64,000 nucleotides of DNA from Alphaproteobacteria bacterium UBA1908 (lineage in GTDB: Bacteria > Pseudomonadota > Alphaproteobacteria > Caedimonadales > UBA1908). The notes under the pieces are model-generated. The model saw nothing but the letters and a program-made list of their open reading frames with translations. It was not told the origin of the DNA and made no database searches. The stretch spans positions 30,221 to 94,220 of the forward strand of contig DDGG01000033.1 in assembly GCA_002337525.1 (NCBI GenBank), written 5' to 3'. The position numbers were made by a program, and so were the translations under genes. Positions 46,769 through 53,424 of the stretch are shown in pieces (the stretch's first letter is position 1; every line of letters begins with the position of its first letter).

Positions 46769-47409
46769 GTGTAAAAAACTTCACCATCAGGAGAAATAGC
46801 AGTTGCAGGTTCAACCAGTTTTCCATTTTTGTAATGAGCAACTTTGTAAGGGCTTCCATTACGAAAATAATGAATCATGCGCCCGTGTTTTAGATCATTT
46901 TCATAATCAACTGTTTTCATAACCTCACCACTGGGATAAAAGCTTTTGGATTGTCCCTGCTTCTTACCTTTAACATAGGGCATGGCCCTTAAAACATTTC
47001 CTGCTTCATTATATGAAATCATGTTGCCCTGTTTTTCATTATCAACATAAGGCATTTTTGTGACAAGGTTGCCTTCCGGGTCATAGAAGAGAGCATCACC
47101 ATGGCGTTTTCCCTCTTTGAAAACCATCACTGAGTGAAGCTTGCCATTTTTATAGGACTTCACTTCTCCTTCCAGAACGCCTTCCTTATGTTGAAAAGCC
47201 CTTTGAACCAGGCCCTTCTTATCGTATTTGGCCGATGTACCATCAATCTTGCCCTGATTCATTGAAATACGCTTATCAAGGCGACCATCACTATGATATT
47301 TATCGACAACACCGTCTAGTTTGCCATTTTTATAGGAGTCGCATCGTCTTAACGCGCCGTTACCATCCCTGATTTCTTTTGTCCCGTCCTGCACTTTTTT
47401 AGAAGACAT
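46765..47409 (-). CDS. MORN-variant repeat protein (YwqK antitoxin/immunity-like family)
   Basis: 214 aa made of about eight ~23-aa repeats (YKNGKLDGVVDKYHSDGRL, YKNGKLHSVMVFKEGKRHG, YENDLKHGRMIHYFRNGSP, HYKNGKL). No signal peptide. Last gene of the vgrG module. Confidence 0.8.
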   Translation of the reverse strand: MSSKKVQDGTKEIRDGNGALRRCDSYKNGKLDGVVDKYHSDGRLDKRISMNQGKIDGTSAKYDKKGLVQRAFQHKEGVLEGEVKSYKNGKLHSVMVFKEGKRHGDALFYDPEGNLVTKMPYVDNEKQGNMISYNEAGNVLRAMPYVKGKKQGQSKSFYPSGEVMKTVDYENDLKHGRMIHYFRNGSPYKVAHYKNGKLVEPATAISPDGEVFYT

Positions 47410-47424
47410 AGCTCATTTTCTCCT

Positions 47425-47799
47425 TTAAACAAATACGGTGAAATTATTAGGATCTGCAATGATAACAATACAAGGACCAACATCATCAGCACCCCCAGTA
47501 ACCACAGCCAATGCGACAGCTGCTAAACAAGGGCATAAAGAAATTTCAGCCAAAGCGGGAATCCCATCCATTAAAACAGTTGGATTTCCTGCTACCCAGA
47601 CTGCTGTTAGAGGAACACATTGACCAAGGACGTCGCATGAATCAAAAGCCGGAATATTCGCATCAGCTACCCCGTCGGCAATAGTGCCTGCAATTTCTCC
47701 TTCAACCAAAATCATAATCGGATCTGTAATAAGTTTAACTGTTCCTCCCCCTGTGGTACAGATCAGCTCGGCGTTCATAACTGTTTCAAGACCCGGCAT
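47425..47799 (-). CDS. DUF4280 (PAAR-like) domain protein
   Basis: 124 aa. AELICTTGGG ... ANIPAFDSC ... GQCVPLTAVWVAGNPTVLMDGIPAL ... SLCPC ... CIVIIADP matches the Cys/Trp framework of DUF4280 as I recall it. Confidence 0.75.
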   Translation of the reverse strand: MPGLETVMNAELICTTGGGTVKLITDPIMILVEGEIAGTIADGVADANIPAFDSCDVLGQCVPLTAVWVAGNPTVLMDGIPALAEISLCPCLAAVALAVVTGGADDVGPCIVIIADPNNFTVFV

Positions 47800-47819
47800 C
47801 TATTTTTCCCGTAATTTCA

Positions 47820-48650
47820 TCATTTATCAGTGTGATACAGTTTTTTTGTCGAGTAAACACCCGATAGTGATAACACGTTCTTTATTTCTTCATAGACGCT
47901 TGAAGAAGAAGTCATAACCCTGGTTAAAGACTCTTCCGAGACTTTCATTTCAAGAGGCTTTTCATCTTCTTTGTGAATAAATATTAATGATTCTTTCTCA
48001 CCAGATCGTTTATAGGGACGTTGAGCAAATAAGTCATGATATAAAGTTTCAATTTCTACCCATTCAGGTCCAAACATACCCTTTAAAAAAGCTCTTTCTT
48101 CTAGCCGGGGAGAAAGTTGATCTGAATAAGTCACAGGAATAAGATTTTTAAAAAGACCATGGTCAATATGCCGGGGAGAAAATTCGATACAGATTATTTC
48201 CGGATTTAAAGATACTTCTGTAAAAAAGCTTAATAAACGCAGTTTTTTTAGCGTCTCATGACGTTTCTGATTTGTGCGAACCATTGTTTGAATTGTATTA
48301 TGGAAAACACCTGCTGATGGTTTTTTAAATTCCTTGACTATATCAACATTCCATTGCTCTTGACGCGCAATAACTTCACGGCTTTTAGGATTCTCCATAA
48401 AATAATGAAAGAAGATATCTCGTAACTCTCTAAAGTTTTCTGTCAAAAGCCTTGGCAACGCCAGGTCATTTTGGGCCAGGAACTCGGGGACTGTATGCCA
48501 GGTTAGCAAACCCGTTTGAAAAAGTTTTAACGCTTCCTGAAGAGACAGACAACAATAGAGAGTTTCAGGTACCCCGGAGTCTTTTTGCACCATGTTGATA
48601 TGACAGCTTCCTAATGTATTCTTTGCGTCTTTTATAGCGGCCTCCCTCAA
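47820..48650 (-). CDS. Hypothetical protein (276 aa) between vgrG and the PAAR-like gene; candidate cargo effector or adaptor
   Basis: Starts 5 nt after the vgrG stop. No signal peptide, TM segment or recognisable motif. K/E-rich. Confidence 0.65.
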   Translation of the reverse strand: MREAAIKDAKNTLGSCHINMVQKDSGVPETLYCCLSLQEALKLFQTGLLTWHTVPEFLAQNDLALPRLLTENFRELRDIFFHYFMENPKSREVIARQEQWNVDIVKEFKKPSAGVFHNTIQTMVRTNQKRHETLKKLRLLSFFTEVSLNPEIICIEFSPRHIDHGLFKNLIPVTYSDQLSPRLEERAFLKGMFGPEWVEIETLYHDLFAQRPYKRSGEKESLIFIHKEDEKPLEMKVSEESLTRVMTSSSSVYEEIKNVLSLSGVYSTKKLYHTDK

Positions 48651-48655
48651 ATACT

Positions 48656-51322
48656 TTAGGCATTCAGCAAAATAATAGCAGCAGTTTCTTCAATTGTTGC
48701 CGCTGCTTCGATTGTAACAGCAACACCTGCTTCAATAGAAACATCCAGACCCGCAGTGGCATTTACATCCAGACCCGCTTCCATTGTTACATCCATTCCT
48801 GCTGTCGAGCTAATATCCAACCCTGCTGTTTCACTGATATTCAAACCGGCTTCTTCAGAAATATCGAGGCCTGCTGTTGAACTTATATTCATACCAGCCG
48901 TGATTGAAATATCTTCACCTGCTGTTATCGTAATATTTTCACCTGCTTCCATTGATATATTTGAGGGAGTAAAGACCGAAATATCTCCGATCGACGTCAC
49001 ATCTGTTGTACCCTGAACAAATACAGTTAAATTCCCCAGAATCGTCAGTGTATAGTTCCCGGTAACATCCTGGTCAAAATTACCATTATTAAAATAGTAC
49101 TCATCTCCGTCAAAAAGCTGTTTAGTCCGCTTGCCTTCATAAAGATCTATTTCCTGATTTCCCTGGTAGATCTTCCACATATTATTGCCTTCACCGATCG
49201 TGGAATATTTATCCCCCATCCAAAAAACCTCGTAATCTCCCCCTTCATCAATTGCTTTAATGCGGTTTCCTGTATTTATACTGGTATACTGATTGCCTGT
49301 ATTAATGAACATGGACTGATTACCTGTCGCAATCTGAAGGCTGTCATTACCTGTTTCGATGTATTTACTTCGCCAACCCTCAAGGATCGTCAGGGATTTA
49401 TCACCCTGTTGCATGAACTGATCGTACCCTCCTTCATTCATTTGATGAAAGAATGTTCCCTGTCCCTGAAGCCTGAAAATATTGCCCTGATCAATTTTGT
49501 AATTATAATCTCCCTGAACAATATAATGATTGTGAGCAATGGGACCTTTAATGGAGAGCATGGATACATTCAAATTACCGCCGGTTATCTCTAAATTATC
49601 ATCACCATCCCCGGCAGGTAGATTCTGGCCTACTGGTGTTTCCTTGGGTTTTCCACCTCCTTCACGCAAAATGGCAACATCACGATTACCTCGATCAACC
49701 CAGTGCCAGGTGCTACCATATTCAACGTGTGTTGTGTAATTTTGTTTGATATAGCGATCATGGTCTTTTTCTGCCTGAAAATAGACCTGTTCCTCGCCCT
49801 TTAAATCTTCATATCGAAACTCATTATAATTTTCCTGGGGTGATCCATTTTTTGTTGAGAGACTTTTAATGGTACTTTTTGTAGGAACCTGCGGCAGATA
49901 AGGTGGCATATTGTCAGAATTCCAGACACATCCCGTAACAAGAGGGCGGTCAGGGTTACCATCCAAAAAGGTCACAAGCACTTCCATACCTATACGGGGT
50001 GTAAAAAGAATTCCCCAGTCACTTCCCGCCCATCCTTCTGAAACCCTTAACCAGCAAGAGCTTTTATCATCACTGGGGCCTGCATGAGGGCCAGACTCGT
50101 CCCAATGGAATTTAGCCTTGATACGTCCATATTCGTCTGTCCAGATTTCTTCGCCTCCCGGGCCTGTTACGCGCGCTGTTTGAGTGCTATAGATCTTGGG
50201 CTTTGGGGTATCTTCCGGAGGACGATAGGGAACAGATGCAGGAAAAGCGATAAAAGTATTCTCATAAATTTCCTTCTGTTCTTTACGCCAGCTTCCAGAA
50301 GTAATTTTATGTTTAACGGTATGCAATACGTGCGGAATATTGCTGGAATTTCTATCCCATCCTTTTAAAGTAAAGCGATGTCCCTGAGTAAAGAAAGGAA
50401 CCGTTGATTTTCCTCTTAACGCCTCTTTAGGGAGCATCTCTGCATCCAGATGTGTTGACGCAACGTGACTTACAATTCCCTGGTTTGGCCTGTCTTCATG
50501 GTCATATTGGCCTGGATAGTAATAAACCATTCCTCCTTTACCATTTCCCCCAACCTTGGCAAAAAGAGGTGTTGAAGCCGTTGTAAAATTGTAATCTGCA
50601 TTTGCATGAGAGCTTACCGTTACCTTCTCTAAAGCAGTACATTCTGTTATGACATTTTCAAATCGGTCTGTCGTTGCAGATTTAATGTAATCAATACTCG
50701 ACAAAACGGGACAATCTTCATGTCCCCCTGGATTATCCGATAGAACCATTGTATGCATCCCGTCAGAATGAGTAAAATAATAATAAATCCCTTCTTCTTC
50801 CAAGAGGCGCGACACAAAATCAAAGCAAGTTTCGTTATACTGAACACAATATTCGCGGGGGGTTTTTCCACATGAGGTTGTTTTATCTTCAACGCTGTCA
50901 ACACCATTTTCGCGCAAAACTGCCAGAATGATATCAATTGTTGCCATATTTTGGAAAATACGACAGTCAGAAACAAATTTCAGCATCCAGAACCTGGGAC
51001 GTAAAATAGCTTCATAAAAAGTCACTTCATCATCATTATCGGTGCGTCCCGTGTGGGATTGACGAATTTCACCAATAATACCATTAAAATATCGAAGGCC
51101 AGCGCCAGAATCAAAAGAGACCGTCGCCGACTGAGCCACTAAACTATCAAAAGGTAACCCTCGTTTGGAAGAAACAAAGAATGCTTTGAATTCAAAGGGG
51201 GCACTTAAGCTTTCCGTTCCCTGGAATTCTCTCATAGCCACCGTTCCAGAGGTAAGAGCCCCCGCAGAAAATCTTAACGATTGCAGAGTTTCTGCCATCG
51301 CAGTTGTAACAGTCGTGCTCAC
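48656..51322 (-). CDS. vgrG: VgrG spike protein (type VI secretion / contractile-injection tip), no C-terminal effector domain
   Basis: 888 aa. GTG start with AAGGGAG SD. N-terminal gp27-like region (FQGTESLSAPFEFKAFF). gp5 OB-fold FTPRIGMEVLVTFLDGNPDRPLVTGCVWNSDNMPPY. C-terminal beta-helix with ten 8-aa repeats. Confidence 0.92.
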   Translation of the reverse strand: MSTTVTTAMAETLQSLRFSAGALTSGTVAMREFQGTESLSAPFEFKAFFVSSKRGLPFDSLVAQSATVSFDSGAGLRYFNGIIGEIRQSHTGRTDNDDEVTFYEAILRPRFWMLKFVSDCRIFQNMATIDIILAVLRENGVDSVEDKTTSCGKTPREYCVQYNETCFDFVSRLLEEEGIYYYFTHSDGMHTMVLSDNPGGHEDCPVLSSIDYIKSATTDRFENVITECTALEKVTVSSHANADYNFTTASTPLFAKVGGNGKGGMVYYYPGQYDHEDRPNQGIVSHVASTHLDAEMLPKEALRGKSTVPFFTQGHRFTLKGWDRNSSNIPHVLHTVKHKITSGSWRKEQKEIYENTFIAFPASVPYRPPEDTPKPKIYSTQTARVTGPGGEEIWTDEYGRIKAKFHWDESGPHAGPSDDKSSCWLRVSEGWAGSDWGILFTPRIGMEVLVTFLDGNPDRPLVTGCVWNSDNMPPYLPQVPTKSTIKSLSTKNGSPQENYNEFRYEDLKGEEQVYFQAEKDHDRYIKQNYTTHVEYGSTWHWVDRGNRDVAILREGGGKPKETPVGQNLPAGDGDDNLEITGGNLNVSMLSIKGPIAHNHYIVQGDYNYKIDQGNIFRLQGQGTFFHQMNEGGYDQFMQQGDKSLTILEGWRSKYIETGNDSLQIATGNQSMFINTGNQYTSINTGNRIKAIDEGGDYEVFWMGDKYSTIGEGNNMWKIYQGNQEIDLYEGKRTKQLFDGDEYYFNNGNFDQDVTGNYTLTILGNLTVFVQGTTDVTSIGDISVFTPSNISMEAGENITITAGEDISITAGMNISSTAGLDISEEAGLNISETAGLDISSTAGMDVTMEAGLDVNATAGLDVSIEAGVAVTIEAAATIEETAAIILLNA
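48717..48956. repeat. 24-bp periodic tandem repeat inside vgrG (encodes the octapeptide beta-helix)
   Basis: Units such as ACATCCAGACCCGCAGTGGCATTT / ACATCCAGACCCGCTTCCATTGTT / ATATCCAACCCTGCTGTTTCACTG. Protein: ITAGEDIS ITAGMNIS STAGLDIS EEAGLNIS ETAGLDIS STAGMDVT MEAGLDVN ATAGLDVS IEAGVAVT. Confidence 0.85.
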
Positions 51323-51354
51323 AAAGGCTCCCTTCCCTTTATCTTCATGGTAAG

Positions 51355-51383
51355 ATACTAAGGGAGGAGGCTTGATCCTTCAA
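51355..51383 (-). promoter_or_regulatory. Candidate sigma-70-type promoter of the vgrG module
   Basis: On the minus strand: TTGAAG, 17-nt spacer, TAGTAT, about 30 nt upstream of the GTG. Hexamer matches are only 4/6 each. Confidence 0.25.
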
Positions 51384-51518
51384 GAGGCAAAAAAATTCTA
51401 ATAAAATAAAAGCATTAAGTTTATAGTAATGTTACATTAATACGATGAAGGGGTTGTGCTCTATAGTAAAACCTCATAAAAAAATGATCAGAATTCAAAG
51501 GCAAAACAAGGTATTAAA

Positions 51519-51896
51519 ATGCAACAAATAGTCATGCCCCCCAAGAATGCGAACAAAAATGATCAGGACATTACCATGATCTGCCACCTTTTAGGATTTT
51601 GTGGATTCATCATGCCCATCCTTCACATTGGGGCCCCACTTCTTTTTTGGCTATGGAAAAAGGATACTTCAGAGGATCTGGATCGTCATGGACGCGAGGT
51701 TATAAACTTTCAACTCTCATGGACAATCTATTTTTTTATTGCCACAGTTTTATGTATCATCCTTATTGGTTTTGTCTTGTTGGGCATCCTGGCAATTTCA
51801 TGGGTTATACTGGTCATTATAGGAGCATTAGCAGCCAAAAGGGGCGAGCTCTATCGCTATCCTCTTACCATCCGTTTTTTCTCTCCGGAGCCTTAA
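51519..51896 (+). CDS. DUF4870-like small membrane protein
   Basis: 125 aa. ITMICHLLGFCGFIMPILHIGAPLLFWLWKKDTSEDLDRHGREVINFQLSWTIYF matches my recollection of DUF4870. Confidence 0.65.
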   Translation: MQQIVMPPKNANKNDQDITMICHLLGFCGFIMPILHIGAPLLFWLWKKDTSEDLDRHGREVINFQLSWTIYFFIATVLCIILIGFVLLGILAISWVILVIIGALAAKRGELYRYPLTIRFFSPEP

Positions 51897-51902
51897 AAAT
51901 AA

Positions 51903-51934
51903 TAAGAAAAGACCTTTTTAAAAAAGTCTTTTCT
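51903..51934. terminator. Bidirectional hairpin terminator
   Basis: Perfect 10-bp stem AAGAAAAGAC ... GTCTTTTCTT flanking CTTTTTAAAAAA. Lies between convergent stops at 51896 (+) and 51946 (-). Confidence 0.7.
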
Positions 51935-51945
51935 TAATAACCCGC

Positions 51946-53109
51946 CTAATAATAAGTATATTTGCGTTTTGTGAACTGTTGCTCTCTTAATTTATTGACA
52001 TAGTATTGGGCGAGTCTACCCGCATAACCGGGGAAGCAACCTCCATTTGTCTTCAGACCGTCTTCCATCACGTAGAAAAAAGCGTGTATTTCATATGAAT
52101 CGTATTGAATGATTGACCAAATCCTGGACAATAGATGAGCAACATTAGCCCCTGTCTCTCCTGCTTCAACAGGATTCACAGCCAAGTGCGCCAGAAGCTG
52201 AGTAAAAGCCCTGTCCAAAGTTCCCTTATCTTGTTTTTCTTTATAAGCTTCCGAGGCTTTTAGAGCGGCAACAACATCCGCTGCTGGCAAGATAAAACTG
52301 GAAGATCTGTCCCCACTGAACAGAGGTGGTAAAATCTTCTTAAAATTCACTTGTCTATTAAAGGCATGAACATCCTGATCAATCACAGCAACACCGCTAC
52401 CCAATGTGCTATCATAAGAATCATAAGCAGCTTTGACTTCCTCCAACCCTTGATAGTCATAAACGATTTCAGCTCTGCGCTCTCTAAAAAACCCTAAAGG
52501 AGCTTCAGCATCATTGTCATTTTCAAAGTCCCCGCCACCCAGGACAAAACTATTTAATTCCCTGGATAAATCTTTTGCCATTTGAGAGGCAGTTGCTTCA
52601 AAAGAAAAAACTGGCAGAGAAAATTCTGTAGAACTCGATGGTGCCCCATCAACGTTTAAAGAAAAAAGCTCTTCAGGCACAAAGGTATAAGGGGTTACGT
52701 AGCCTGTTGCTTCTTTTAACTTCAATGTCTCACGCTCACAAGTCTCTTGATAATATTTCAAACCATTCTGTAAGTCCTGGTGAGCAACAACCCTGGATCC
52801 AGCGCAGCTACGAAAAAGAAAGCGTCTATATAAACGACTGTAAAGATTAAAAGAATACTTGGCATCCTCATGGGCAATCGTCGCCAGTATCTGTCGACGC
52901 TCCAGAGTTGTATGAGGATTATTTAGCTCAAGCTCCATAGCCATAATTTTATCTCGATCAACATTAAAGGGTACAAACATATCGCTGTAATGAGAGCTTC
53001 TAAAAGAATGAGGTAAGGCTTCATCCGAACGTACTGTCAACGTAGATGCCCAACAAGTTGGAAGCACAGAAACCGAAAGAAACAAAACAGGGAAATACTT
53101 TTTAAACAT
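51946..53109 (-). CDS. Secreted hypothetical protein (387 aa)
   Basis: Start MFKKYFPVLFLSVSVLPTCWA at 53109 (the ORF runs to 53151). No recognisable domain. Confidence 0.6.
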   Translation of the reverse strand: MFKKYFPVLFLSVSVLPTCWASTLTVRSDEALPHSFRSSHYSDMFVPFNVDRDKIMAMELELNNPHTTLERRQILATIAHEDAKYSFNLYSRLYRRFLFRSCAGSRVVAHQDLQNGLKYYQETCERETLKLKEATGYVTPYTFVPEELFSLNVDGAPSSSTEFSLPVFSFEATASQMAKDLSRELNSFVLGGGDFENDNDAEAPLGFFRERRAEIVYDYQGLEEVKAAYDSYDSTLGSGVAVIDQDVHAFNRQVNFKKILPPLFSGDRSSSFILPAADVVAALKASEAYKEKQDKGTLDRAFTQLLAHLAVNPVEAGETGANVAHLLSRIWSIIQYDSYEIHAFFYVMEDGLKTNGGCFPGYAGRLAQYYVNKLREQQFTKRKYTYY

Positions 53110-53272
53110 AATAAAAACAAAAAAATTGATATGTATTACTTTATATGACAATCCGACAACAAAATCAATAATAATTTTCTCTTATAAAAAATCTGAAGAG
53201 TTCATTTATAATAATGAATCCTGTAAATCAAAATCCCCCTTCTATCATTGCTAAAGAGGGCGTTCTCTAACC

Positions 53273-53346
53273 TCTTCATTCAGACCGAGCAACACAATAG
53301 AAGAATCCATTAACGCAAGTGATCTGGTTCCTCTGAGTAACAGGAG
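53273..53346. repeat. Degenerate copy (locus D) of the hairpin-unit repeat family
   Basis: TTCATTCAGACCGAGCAACACAATAGAAGAATCCAT (compare 14403-14438), followed by ATCTGGTTCCTCTGAGTAACAGGAG, a collapsed CTGGATCC..CTCTGGATGACAGGGA unit. Confidence 0.6.
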
Positions 53347-53424
53347 CATAAAAATGCCCTTCTCTATCTGAGTAAACATAGATTCTAACAGTTTATAAGT
53401 ATCGTTTTGGAAATAAAATAATAC

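Noticed and set aside
48756-49016. 86-aa + strand ORF inside vgrG
   Set aside because: It is the antisense reading of the 24-bp octad repeat. Its own periodic sequence (PAVELISNPAVSLIFKPASSEISRPAVELIF) is an artefact.
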